A stretch of 64,000 nt of DNA from the human T2T-CHM13v2.0 reference genome, Homo sapiens. The DNA lies in NCBI RefSeq assembly GCF_009914755.1, contig NC_060926.1; one strand, 5' to 3'. Of this stretch, positions 27,746-42,722 are shown piece after piece (position 1 is the stretch's first letter; each line of letters begins with the position of its first letter). Under the pieces are notes generated by a model. It was not told the DNA's origin, searched no databases, and saw only the letters and a list, made by a program, of their open reading frames with translations. The position numbers and the translations under genes were made by a program.

Positions 27746-29019
27746 AAAGCAAATATATATTTAAAGTAGCCTAAGAAGGGAGATCCTGTGTGCAATCAAC
27801 AAGACATAATATATCTCAAAAGGCACAATTTCTTAGATTAGGGATTTGTTGCTGTACATTGAGGCTTTCCCTGGTGAAGCTGTTCTGAGCGCTGAACCAC
27901 TTCTGCTAGGCTGTCAATAAAAAACCCCTGCTTGGTAGGCTTAATATGATCCACCTTTGGACATCCACACAATAGCTGAGTGGGACAAGTGTTCATTGTT
28001 TATCTAAGCAGGGAGTCTTACGCTGACTATGGCTGTCTCTACGTCAGCGTTGTAACAGCTCTGGGAGTGAAGAATTGTTATGACATGGCTTTTCAAAATG
28101 GCAACCATAAAATAACCACTTGAACTCACCCATGATACTTAACCCTGTCCCTGGCAAGATCAGATTTACAGCTGGAGCCAAAAAGTCTGTAGTTTCTCTC
28201 CTCAAATCATGCTTTAAAAGGAGAGAGCAGATTAGAGATCAAAATGTGGAACTCTGGGAACACACATCTATTAAATACCTTATTTTGTTAGCGGCAGAAG
28301 TATTAGTGACCAGAAAAATGAAAGAAAGCAAGACAGAAGCCACCATATTAAAATATATCCTAAGACAGCTTTAAATCCATTAGAGAAAAAACACAGGAGA
28401 AAAAATGTTTGGCTGAAAACTCTTCAGATTTATCCTTTTGAAAATTATTCTTCCAAAATGTGTTCTCATTTTCTAAATGAAAATAAAGTAATAAAATTCA
28501 GGTATTACTAAACAAATGCTATATAGGCACTCAAGTAAGATATACCATACAACTCCATAACAGTCAAGCTGACAGCATTGCACAAAGGCAGGAGTGCTTC
28601 ACAGCAGGCTGAATAGATGGCAGCTCCTGGAATTGGGCAACATGACAGCACCAAGTGACCTTCTGTATCCATAGTACATTACAGAGCCGTTTCCCCACTT
28701 ACAGATTGTATTTGGTTTTTAGAAGTACCCGGTGAAGCACATAGAGAAATGATGATTGCTCATATCCCATTTTTCAGGTAAGGATGCTGAGGTTAATGAA
28801 GTACCCACAACCAGAAGCACTCAGTGTTTGAAAATGAGATTTTTGACTCCCAGGTGAAAATATCTAACTCTCAAAAACACGTAAATGCCAGTTTAGTAAA
28901 TTATTGTTCTATTACCCATTATATAAAACAAGAAAATTCTTGAGTTTTTTAAAAAATTAAAGTTCTAGAATGTTTTCGCTTCCTGAATATCTACCACCTT
29001 TTTTATTTTTTCCAGAAAA

Positions 29020-29290
29020 CAGTTTCTTTATATTTTTGAGGTAAAATTTATATAACATAAAGTTATTCATTTTAAAGTGAACAATTCAGTGACATTTAAT
29101 ACATTGACAGATTTCCCCCACCAGCACCTGTATGTACTTCCAAAGTATTTTCATTACCCAAAATAAAACTTTATACCCATTAAACAATTAGTCTCTTCCC
29201 CCCACCTTTCTGCGTTCTATGTTTATGAATTTACTTACTTTGGCTATTTCATATAAATAAAAGGATACACCATGTAACCTTGTGTTACCC
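29020..29290 (-). mobile_element. L1MB-type 3' end fragment
   Basis: TTTTGAGGTAAAATTTATATAACATAAAGTTATTCATTTTAAAGTGAACAATTCAGTG. Confidence 0.7.
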
Positions 29291-31754
29291 TCTAACACAT
29301 AGCTGGGGAGGAGGGGGATGAGAAATTCTAGTTAATCGTTTTCCAGGGAGATAATATAGCCCTCAACTAGGACACGGAGAGTGAGAGATCTCTGTGTCTT
29401 CAGCTGCACCCACACAGAGTGGAGTTTCCATTGTATTGAGCTGAAAGAGGGTAATAAAGAGGTGAGTCATAATTCAAATCCCAGAAACTCCAACTATTCT
29501 TACCAAGTTGTAGTAAATGTTCTTTTAAAAAAGCTTCTGCATTTGTATATGCTTTTAGGACGATCTCCAGAGAATTAAATGGTTGTTTGTTTCATGTTAA
29601 TTTTATTAGTTATGCTAATTTTACAGAGGAACGGGACAACAGAGCTCTGGTCACTTTCATTGTGAAGTAGAACTCTGCTCTTTGCTGTTTTGATGCTGGA
29701 AATGTACCTGGTTATCGAGCAGACCCAGGTAAAAAAGAGTATCACAAAATATTTGGAATTGCTAAGAACCTTAAAGGTCAGCTAATATACTAACTCAACC
29801 ATCAGTATTTTTTACAGATTTTTTAAAGTGGATATTTAGAAACAATAAGGAGCATCCTAGCCACACAGCAATTTAATGCCAAATGGAAGAGTAAAAGGAG
29901 GTCATATATGGGGAAATTTGTAGATTCCACCTTAAAAAAGGTGCTATATTTATCATGCAATAAGTTTATTTCTTATCCTACTAGATGGTTTATGTGACTT
30001 TCTAGACTCAACTTCCCAAGTGGCTCCTGAGTGGCTTCTTTTTGGTGCCCTGGTGTACCAAACAGTGCATTTGTTATTAGCTTCAATGCGTGAGGCACAA
30101 CTGAAATAAAACCGGTTTAAATTTTATAAGGAAAGGTGCAGCAGTATTGTAGAGTTGTTTCTTTTATGAGCACTCATACCCTCACACATATAATTTGCAT
30201 GTGTATTTTAAATACAGGTATGTTATATTCATAGGAAGATATAGACATGTAAAAATAACAGGGTGGCTTTTTTTCATTTCTCATAGGTCCAGAAAAAATA
30301 ACACATTTAAGGAATGTTTAAACTCATAAAGAACAATTATGTTATAAATGTGTATTCCTAAAGGATAAATTAAGAATTTAATGTTAAGTCATGAATCTCA
30401 GTTTAATATTATAATACTATTTTTAGTATGATCCCTAAAATATTTATCTCAATATCCAATAGATCAAAACAGAATGCATCAATGTATTAGTCTTTTGAAA
30501 AGTAGCTCAAATAAGTCACTCAATGCCACCAGGATGTTTGTGAAATAGGACAGTAAAAATGAAAATATTTTGGAAAATGTATAATAAAATGTACTCTGCC
30601 TAATAAAAATATCCTGCCGAGAAAAAAAAGCATATTGAAGATCTACATGCATATTTTAAAAATACTTCTAGTTCATAGGATTAAAGAGTCAAAGAAGATA
30701 ACCAAAAAGTTTTGTCTTCTCTGCTGAGTAACACTTCCAGTGAGCCCTGAGAGTTCTCCTTTGCTAACTTTACAGAACTGTGGTAAAATTAAGATTTCTG
30801 CATTCTTCAGTTGAAGATTTATGTAGTGGGCTTCTGGCCATGTTACTACATGATTGCATAAAATGAAAACCTATCGATTCTAATTTATGTTCATATTATC
30901 CAACTTAAAAAATTACCTATCCTGATTTCACTTGAAAAGGAAGAAATTTCTCAAATGTCACAGTAAAGATTACTGTAACAATAAGACAGCAACTTCAAAA
31001 TTTTAGATAAATTTACTTATTTTCTTCTGCCTGAAGGAAAGAGAAAAAGAGAAAGAGAAAATAAGGTACTGCAGATGAAAAGCTCCACTCACTCATCTGT
31101 TCATGTCTTGAAGTTGTAAATATTATTTTATATATCTTAATGCAGAAAACATGTGAACAACCAGCCAATAACCTGAGAAAGCTATCTGGACTTTTCCTCA
31201 GAATTGTCTGGCTCTGTGGCTATGGGTTTGTGTTTCCTAGAACTGTATATTTATTTTGCATGGCCAGGGGTTTCTTGTGCCTCAGGAAAGCCATAGGACA
31301 CAGAGGATCACATGGTAATTTACACTGTTTGTCACAAGGAAGCTTTGGATAAAGATGCTCTTTGATATATTAGACAGGGAGTGAGTGGGCTTGACACAAC
31401 TGGCAGGGAAGAAATAAATGAGACAAAGTTTTCATCCGTGTTTAGTTATGGAAAGAATCCAGAAACTTTCAAAAAATAAAATCTGTATATCGATTTCATA
31501 TTGTGAGATCAAATCTTACAAAAGTCAGGCAGCCATCTAGAAGGCTTGATGTAGGCTATGAGAACTCACTGGAATCCATAAACAGGTGGTCTATGACTTC
31601 CTTAGTATCATATGTAAAATGTGATGTGTTTTGTATATATGCTAATATTTCCACAGGGAGAGTTCATGTCTTCCATAGTATGCAACTCAGAGAGTTCCAT
31701 GATTTATTCAATAGTTGGTCCCTACTCTGTGCCATGCTAGACACTGGGTGTGCT

Positions 31755-34470
31755 TGTATCTATTATCTCTTTTTGTTTTAAAAAAAAAAATCCCCAGGCT
31801 CATTGGCTTACAGTGGTACATTAGGTCTTTCTTGCACTGCTTCAGTGAAATACCTGAGACTGGGTAATTTATAAAGAAAAGAGGCTTAATTCACTCATGG
31901 TTCTGCAAGCTGTACAGGAAGCATGGTGCTGGTATCTGCTTGGCTTCTGGGAAGGCCTCAGGAAGCTTACAGTCATAGCAGAAGCCAAAAAAAGAGTTGG
32001 CATATCACATGGTGAGAGCAGGAGCAAGGGGAGAGGGAGGTGTCACACACTTCTAAACAACCATATCTCATGAGAACTTACGTGAGAACAGCACCAAGCC
32101 ATGAATGATCGATCCCCATTACCCAAACACTTTCCACCAGGCCCCACCTCCAACACTAGGGATTACATCTCAACAGGAAATTTGGAGGGGTAATCCATAC
32201 TATATCATTCTTCCCCTGGCCCCTCAAGTCTCATGTACTTCTCACATTGAAAAATACAATCATCCCTTCTCAATCATTCTTCAAAAGTCTCAACTTTTGC
32301 ATTTCAGCGTTACTCAAAATTCCAAAATCCTAAGTCTAAAGTTTCATCTGGAAATGAGTTATTTTTGCCTAAAAATTTGCAAAACTGAAACAAGTTATTT
32401 ACTTCCAAGATACAATGGGAGTACAGGCATTTGGTAAACAATTCTATTCCAAAAGGCAGAAATTGGCCAAAAGAAAGGGGCCTCAAGGCCCCATGCAAGT
32501 CTAAAACCTAGCAGGGCAGTCATTAAACCTTAAAGCTCTGAAATAATGTCCTTTGACTCCATGTCCCACATCCAGGGCACACTGCTGCAAAGGGTGGGCT
32601 CCCAAGGTTTTCAGTGGCTCTGCCCCTGTGTCTCTGCAGGGTTCAGTCCCTGTGGCTGCTCTCATGTGTTGGAGCTGAGTTCCCAAGACTTTTCCAGGCA
32701 CAAGATGCAAGCTGCCCATGGATATACACTTCTGTGGTCTGGAAGACCTGGCCTCCTTCTCACAGCTCCACTAGGCAGTGCCCCAGTGGGGAGTCTGTCT
32801 GGGTCCTCTGACCCCCACATTTCTCCTTGGCACTACCTTAGTACAGGTTCTCTGTGAGGGCTCCATTCCTGCAGCAAGCTTCTGCTTGGGTCACCAGACT
32901 TTTTCATACACCCCCTGGAATCTAGGCAGAAGCTGCGAGTCCTTCTTCACTCTTGCACTCTATGTGCCTTCAGGCTTAACAATACATGGAAGCTGCCAAG
33001 GCTTATGGTGGGTTGTACTTTCTGGAGCAGCAGCCTGAGCTGTATCCAGGACCCTTTGAGCCTCAGCTAGAGGCAGAATGGTCAAGATGCAAAGAGCAAC
33101 CTCCTAACCTCCTGGTGTGGTATAGAACAGTGGCACCCTGGGCCACGTTCAAGAGACTATTGGGTTCTCCTTGGCCTCTGGGGTCTGTGATGGGAGGGGC
33201 TACCTAGAAGATTTCTGAAATACCTTCAAGACCTTTTTCCCATTGTCTTGGATGTTAGCCCGTGGCTCCTTTTTAGTCATGCAAATCTCTCTAGCAAGTG
33301 GTTGCTCTATAACTCTCTTGAATTCCTCTCCTGATAATGCTTATTTTTTCTCTGCCACATGTCCAGGCTGCAAATTCTCCAAACTTTGATCCTCTGCTTT
33401 CCTTTTAAATATAAATTTCATCTTTAAGTCATTTTTTGTCTCCCACATCTGAGCATAGGTTTTTAGAAGCAGTCAGACCACATCTCGAATGCTTTGCTGA
33501 TGGAAATTTCTTCCACCAGATACCCTAAGTCATCTCTCTTAAGTTCATACTTCAACAGATCCCTGAGGAATGGAGATAATACAGCCAAGTTCTTTGCTAA
33601 GGCACAACAAGGATGATCTTTGCTCCAGTTCCCAAAAAGTTTCTCATTTCCATCTGAGACCTCATCAGCCTGAACTTCACAGTCAACATCACTATCAGCA
33701 TTTCAGTTACTACCATGTAACAGTCTCTAAGGATTTCCAAACTTTCCCTCATCTTCCTGTCTTCTGAGCTCTCCAAACTCTTCCAACCTCTATCTGTTAC
33801 CCAGTTGTAAAGCTGCTTCCACATTGTCAGGTATCTTTATAATAATGGAGGGATGACCTAACACAAAAATTGGTATCAGAAGTGAGTTATTGCTGAAAAG
33901 AATCAGATCTTGTGAAAACTCATTATCCTGAAGATAGCACAAAGCCATAAAGGGTCTACCCACATGATGCAAACACATCCCACTAGGTCCCCCACTCCAA
34001 CACTGGGGATTACATCTCAACATGAGATTTGAAGGAGACATCCAAACTATATCAAGCAGTAAGCATTTACTTTTTCTTATGAATCTATGTGTCACCTGGG
34101 CTGTCCTTACAGCATTTCTCATGTATTTGTGGACAGCTGGTATGCTGGCTGAAATTGCGAGGTTTAGGACAGCCTCCCACACATGCCTGGCAGTTGTCTG
34201 CTGGGGGCAATGGTAGTGGCTGAGAGATTGCATGCCTTTCATCATCCAACAGGTTAGCTTAGGCTTACTGATATTGCAGTAACAGGGGTCCAGAAAAAGA
34301 TCAAAGCATGCACAGCATTTTGAGGTCTAGGCATGAATTCAGAATACCATATTGTGCCTTTTTTTTTGCCAGTGCAAGTCACAAGTTTAGCCCAGATTAA
34401 AGAGGTGGAGAAACATAGTCTACCTCCTGATCAGAGAATGTTCAAAATCACACTGCAAAGAGCATGATAC
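31755..34470 (-). mobile_element. Old MLT1 LTR (H/J-like) hosting the MST element; pieces 31755-31816 and 34055-34470
   Basis: GGCTTACAG|TAAGCATTTA continuity; GCAAGTCACAAG...GCCCAGATT motifs. Confidence 0.65.
31817..34054 (-). mobile_element. Two-LTR MSTA-type MaLR element (LTR 31817-32206, internal to ~33850, damaged LTR to 34054)
   Basis: Both LTRs end ...ACTATATCA; MST/THE1 internal motifs (AAGTTATTTACTTCCAAGATACAATGGG, AAATTTCTTCCACCAGATACCCTAA); flanks AGTGG / AGCAG. Confidence 0.9.
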
Positions 34471-34478
34471 AAGGAGTA

Positions 34479-34524
34479 AAAAATCAAGGGCATGTGTGCA
34501 TAAAAATCAAGGGCATGTGTGCAT
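34479..34524. repeat. Perfect 23-bp tandem duplication
   Basis: AAAAATCAAGGGCATGTGTGCAT x2. Confidence 0.9.
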
Positions 34525-34736
34525 TCTCCCAGTGATTGTTCAAAAATTGGCTTTAGTTGATTACCATGCCTTTTATCCACACCATTGCCAGAGTCTCATC
34601 ATGAGCACATTGCATTTCCTCAGTCTGGCTTTATTGTTGCCCATGTACCTTGATTTGGCTATAACATGCAGGTGGAAGTCCAAGTGTGTCAATTCTGAAC
34701 CTAGGCCTTAGGAAAACTTGTCTGTTCTGCTTGTCC

Positions 34737-36147
34737 GCTTTTTATTATTTTTATTTTTGGTGGGTACATAGTGGGTGCACATATTTATGAGTTGCATGAG
34801 ATAGTTTGATACAAGCATGCAGTCTGTAATAATCACATACAGGTAAATGGGGGTATCTATCCCCTTAAGCATTTATCCTTTGTGTTACAAATAATCCAAT
34901 TATACACTTTTGTTATTTTTAAATATACCACTAAACTATTTTTGACTATAGTAACTCTATTGTGCTGACAAATACTAGCTCTCATTCATTCTTTCTATTT
35001 TTTTTTTTCCCATAAGCATCCCAGATTCCTTACACACTCCCCCACACTTCCCAGCCTCTGGTAACCAAATCTCTACTCTTTATCTCCATAAGTTTAACTA
35101 TTTTAATTTTCAGTTCCCACAAATAAGTGAGAACACATGAAATTTGTCTTTTTTTGCCTGATTTATTTTACTTAACAAAATGACCTCTAATTCTATCTAT
35201 GTTGTTGCAAATGACAGGATCTCATTTTTTAATATGGCTAAACAGTACTCCATTGTGTATATATACCACATTTTCCTTATTCAGTCATCTGCTGGTGGAC
35301 ACTTAGGTTGCTTCCAAATCTTGGCTATTGTGAACAGTGATGCAATAAACTTGGGAGTGCGGATACCTCTTTTATATACTAATTTTCTTATACTAATTTT
35401 TTAAATACTAATTTATATACTAATATACATACCTAGGAGTGGGATTTCTAGATTTTGTGGTAGGTCTATTTTTAGTTTTTCGAGGAACCTCCATACTGTT
35501 CTCCATAGTGATTGTACTAGTTTATATTCCTAGCAACACTGTATGAGGGTTCCTTTTTCTTTGCATCCTTGTCAGCATTTGTTATTGCCTATTCAGATTT
35601 TGGATTTCTTCATGGTTTAATCTTCGTGGGTTGTAAGTGTCTTTTATCCACACTATTGCCAGGGTCTCATCATGGACACATTGTAATTCCACACTCTGGC
35701 TTTACTGTTGGCCATGTACCTTGATTTGGCTAAGACATGCAGGTGGAAGTCAAGGAATTTATCAATTTCTGCTATATTTTCCAATTTATTGACATATAGT
35801 TGCTCATAGTAGACACTATTTATCTTTTAAATTTCTGCTGTATTAGATGTAATGTCTCCTTTTTCATCTCAGATATTATTTGAGTCTTCTCTCATTTTTT
35901 CTCAAGTGTGGCTAAAGGTGTGCCAATTTTGTTTATCTTTCTTAAAAAACTTATTTTATTTCACGGATATTTTATATTGTTTTCTTCATTTCAAATTTAT
36001 TTATTTATGGTATGATCTTTATTTTCTCCTATTAATTTTAGGTTTGGTTTTCTCTTGCTTCTTCCATTCTTTAAGATGCATTGTTAAGTTGTTTATTTGA
36101 AGTTTTTCATGTTTTTTGATGTAGGTACTTAATAGCTATAAACTTCC
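34737..36147 (-). mobile_element. L1MA (MA1-3-like), 5'-truncated, with internal deletion and 111-bp insert
   Basis: 3'UTR GGGTACATAGT...AATCACATACAGGTAAATGGGG; TSD CTGCTTGTCC at 34727-34736 and 36148-36157. Confidence 0.9.
35641..35751 (+). repeat. 111-bp direct copy of 34570-34680 inside the L1MA
   Basis: Gapless alignment with about 12 substitutions by eye. Confidence 0.95.
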
Positions 36148-37174
36148 CTGCTTGTCCTTTTTACATCTTGTCATTGCCATATGGAAAACAAGTCCCAGAA
36201 GAAGGATGAGAGAAGTGTGGAGCAAGATCCAGCCTGCTGAATTGCACTGTGAAAAAGATGATCCCAACCACCACAGCCTCAGAAGAGACATCTCTGCTGA
36301 TCCACAGGTTCATAAGTATGGACAGCATTATTGGCAATGGTTGCAATAACTACATGATATACCAAAGAGATTATAGTGTGAAAGATACACAAGATCACTT
36401 CCTTCATGGAGCCTGCAATCCAATAGGGAGAAATACATATAAATGAATAAACAAAAATATATTAAAATAATTCATATTATGAGTAAAGTGAAATGAGCAA
36501 GAGGCTGGTAACAGAGCTTGTTTTACAAGGGTGACTAAAGACTGCTCACAATTTTTTTTTGCATTTTTAAATACATGTCGGTGGTGTCAACATAGCTTCA
36601 GTCACAGAAGCCTGTGCTACAGAAAATGGTTGTCACTTTACTGCAATTTTTTTAAAGATGCCCTAGTTCTTAAACTTTAACTGTGGCTCTGACAATTCTC
36701 AATATAGTTTAATATTAGTGAATAATAAAATGACTGGCATATGGTGAATATGCCAATAACTAAAAGTTGGTATAATTTTAGAACATCATAGTGGGTTATA
36801 AGTAAAATATTGCGGCTCATTTTACTTTTGTTAATGAGTCAGAAAAAATTTATGTATGTTCAATGTTTTACTCGCTTGTTCTGGCATATTTGGGCAAACT
36901 GAAATTTATGTGCCACTGTGCCACTGCCATCCTTGAGCACACCACTAGGTTTCACTGAAAATGAATAATTACTGCTTCTTGGCCAGATGGACAATTCCAA
37001 AATAAACAGAAGAAATCCTAAAGCAACATTAGCTTGGCTTCCAATAATGAGTTTTAGAGAAAAGAATAAAGCTTTCTCACCTACAGTGATTTTGATTCAT
37101 CCTTTAAATAGAAGATATTCCACATTTTCATTTAGCTTACTTCAGCCCAATAAGTATTTATCGAAAGCTAAACA

Positions 37175-37270
37175 GGAAGAAGAGAAGGAAGAGAGAAGGG
37201 GAGGAGGAGAAGGAGTAGGAGGAGAGAATTAGGAGGACGAAGAAGAGGAAAGACATAACGGAGGAGGTCA
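37175..37270. repeat. GA-rich purine tract
   Basis: Direct reading (GGA/GAA units). Confidence 0.75.
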
Positions 37271-39710
37271 GTCTAAAAGGTAAGAGTCAACGCCTATACC
37301 AAAAGGTGAAATAGAAGATGTCTGAATCATTAATTGTCATACCACCAGCTTATCCCACAATGAGCTCTGATCATTATAAATTTATATTTATACCATTTTG
37401 ACTAAATCCCAATTTCTTTGATATTACCAATATATTAAATATTTAATATATTAAAAGTGAGTGTCATCATTTTTCCAGGCAGCCTTTCCTGCCTAACTAT
37501 ACCCCACAATTACCAATATCTGACTTTAAGTTTGATTTGTAGATCACATTCTACCCATTAACTCTTTTGGATTTGCCTTTTTGGTGGTTCAGGATTACTC
37601 TCTACTCAGTTTGTGTTGGTTTACTCTATAAAGTTCTTCTATCTCCAAAGGAAAGATAAAAAAGTCCACTTCTTCTTTTGCCACTGAAGATGCCTAGATC
37701 TTTGCTGGAAACAAGCCAGTCCCCATCACTGGAATCTATCAGCATGCTGGAATGAATACACAGCAAGGCAGACTTGACATGAAGCAGAGAGAGTTAACAT
37801 ATTGCTCGATCACCACTGTTTTCTAAATCAGAATGTGGCCTTGTCCATATGCACGTGGCCCGCAGGCCTAGTCATTATCCTTCCTTGCCCTCTGTGTAGG
37901 ACAGACAGGCACAGTTGGTCTCAACTTTCAGACTTTGACCTACTTCATTCAAATATTCCTATAAAATGGTTCCTGACTTCATAATTTTCATCAGTTTCTT
38001 TGCCTCCAGAAATGAATGACTTCTGTTAGAAGCAATGATATGTTAAAAATTAACTAATTGCCAAATAACACTTGGGAAATCATTATTACAAACAAGTATC
38101 AGTTGCCAGTAACTAGACTTTCTGTTTCTTATCTCAAATCTGGATTAAGGACATCTACTGGTAAATAAATATACATCTCCTCAAGACATCACTATCACAA
38201 TTGCTATTTCATGCCTGTCTGGAGTCATAATCTTTCCTTTGGTTACAAACTTATACCTTTGCTTATCCTGAAACCTTAGTGACATTATTTTGCATAGGAA
38301 AATGCAGAGGAAGTTTCAAATTGTTGGAAAACCATCTGGTACCAGGACGTGAGGCAGACACCTAATAGTTGCAGAGCCCATGAGCAACAGGTGGGCAATC
38401 ACTGTTTATTATTATCCACCATGTGGGAAATCATATTTTATTTGATTTTTTTGAGATTTGAGCTGTTGTAATGATTCCCAGAAGGAGAATATGCCCTCAC
38501 TAGACCTGAGCTGGGCTCATGCCTACGGTCATGTTATGCTTTCCTGATGATGTGGTCCCACCATGCTCACATCAAAGTGACATTTCACAGTCTGGCTTCC
38601 ACCTCTGTCTGGCTCTGAAATAGAGGAGGGCCCACAATGCCATGCACTGGCCCTGATTTGAAATGCACATAATTTTGAGGAAAGTGTGACCACCAAAGGG
38701 AAGAGAGGAAATACCATGGGGAGCTATTTAAATCATACTTATGCAGAGAGGTCTGGATAGAAGGGGTGGGAAAATGAGAGAGAATAGGGAGAATAAAGCA
38801 GTGAGGAGAAAGAAAAGGCCCTATGTCTTGAGTCCATTGCTCCAGTTTTCTAACTGTGAGCTTCTTAGTAATGTCAGTGCTCCCATCATAAAACCCCAAG
38901 GATTCTTCAAAGATTCCGTGAAGAAATACACAGCTCCTGGTCACATTTTGGCTGTTTCTCAAGAAAGCCGGAACTCTTCTCTCGAACCCCTTGGTTATCT
39001 CAAGGACTTGCACAATAGAAATGGAAAAAAAACACCACATGAAGACAAATTTACACACCCTGTCTCCCTTCCTTATGTAGCACCAACACTATTATTACCA
39101 GATAAAAATTAAATACTGATAATTTGGGGCCCGGACTCAATTTTATTATTTATTCAAGATTCAATTAGACATTAAGTCATGTCTGCTCCTCCTGCTACAT
39201 GCTGGGATTTTGCTTTGAAGGGAAGGCAAAAGAAGGGACGGGGCATGATAGAAGACAATATACCTATGCAGAACTCTTTTCAGCACCATGGACAGTTGTC
39301 CTTAGACTAGTTGTCCAGTACCTGTGAGAAACACATTTGCAAAAAATATCACCTATCAATTCCTTTAAAGTTATCCTTAAAAATCATTTTGATCTTTACT
39401 ACTCTAATTTTTATATAGATCCCTTTGGTAGTCAAAATTATATCAGTAATGTGAGAAACTTTAGGGCCAATTTAGCAAATGATGTTAGCTTCTTTAATAG
39501 AAATTTTTCGAGTGCAGCATTATTTCTTTTCAATAAAATTTAATTGTATCTATGACCTCATTAGTAATATAACTTGCTTTATATAAATAAATGTTTACAT
39601 CTACTCCATATACATCTACTCCATTTTTATAATTAGTGTAACACTAAGGAAACATCAGGAACTTTGCATGCTCTGGCCCACTGACTCGCATTAACAGTTT
39701 AAATTATAAT

Positions 39711-39926
39711 GTTCAACAGCAGAGTAGGGTGACATAGATAGCAACAATACATTGTGTATTTCAAAACAGCTAGGAGACAGGATTTGAAATGTTCCCAAAA
39801 CATAGAGATGATACGTACTCAAGGTGATGGATACTTCAAATACCCTGGCTTGATCATTACATATTCTATGTATGTAACAATTACTCTCATGTACCCAATA
39901 AATATATAAAATAATATGTATCAATA
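39711..39926 (+). mobile_element. L1MA 3' end
   Basis: GTAGGGTGAC...GTATTTCAAAACAGCTAG...AGGTGATGGATAC...TTGATCATTACA. Confidence 0.8.
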
Positions 39927-40587
39927 GGTTTATATGTTAAAAACTAGAGGTTCTAGAGTATCACCCTGGACCAACCTGGACCATAATTTTGAAACTGACT
40001 CCTGGGCCAACCATGCATTTAGAAGAAGCAAAGGAGCTTCTTAAAATCACCAGTCTCCCCAATTATTTGTTCTAGTTTCTAGTTGATTTTAACTCTTGTC
40101 ATGGCTATTAGTTACATGTTGTTATATGCTGAGCTAAAAGAAAAGAGATGTTAAACATAGAACAATGAAACAAGGAAAAAAAGTCTTTGGTTTTAACCTC
40201 AGAAATGATATTAACTAGCAAGGTGATCTTGGCAAGTCATTTAACTCTTTGGACCTCCATCTCTTGAAATAGAGTGCTTTAAATTTCTACATTCCATTCC
40301 AGCTGAAAATAGGTATATTTGTGTATATTTTTAGTAGCCAAATTAATAACCTAAAATTAATCACATTCATGATTTTAAACCATTCTACCATCAACTGGAA
40401 TTCAGCAGCATTTCAGTTTTCTGTAGCTAGTTTAATGTTTAAGGTTTAATGTCAATTATCATCATGACAATTTTCAATTCAGATAGTTCTATTACATATA
40501 ATGAAAACCTTAAACCCAGTTAATAACTTCTATAAACAGAAAGGAAAGAAAGAATTGTTTTGTGTTATACTTAATAATAAAAGCTAT

Positions 40588-42722
<2,135 letters not shown>

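Larger units (their letters stand above)
34530..36355 (+). mobile_element. Old MLT1 LTR split by L1MA; pieces ~34530-34736 and 36148-36355
   Basis: TTCTGAACCTAGGCCTTA, GGATGAGAGAAGTGTGGAGCA, GCAATAACTACA. Confidence 0.55.

Noticed and set aside
28765-28785. Recursive-splice-like TTTTTCAG|GTAAGG (also TTTACAG|GTAGGG near 23816)
   Set aside because: The first is a mutated MIR core; such motifs arise by chance and no host transcript is established
38585-39112. Overlapping 157-aa and 123-aa ORFs in unique DNA
   Set aside because: No recognisable domain or convincing splice context
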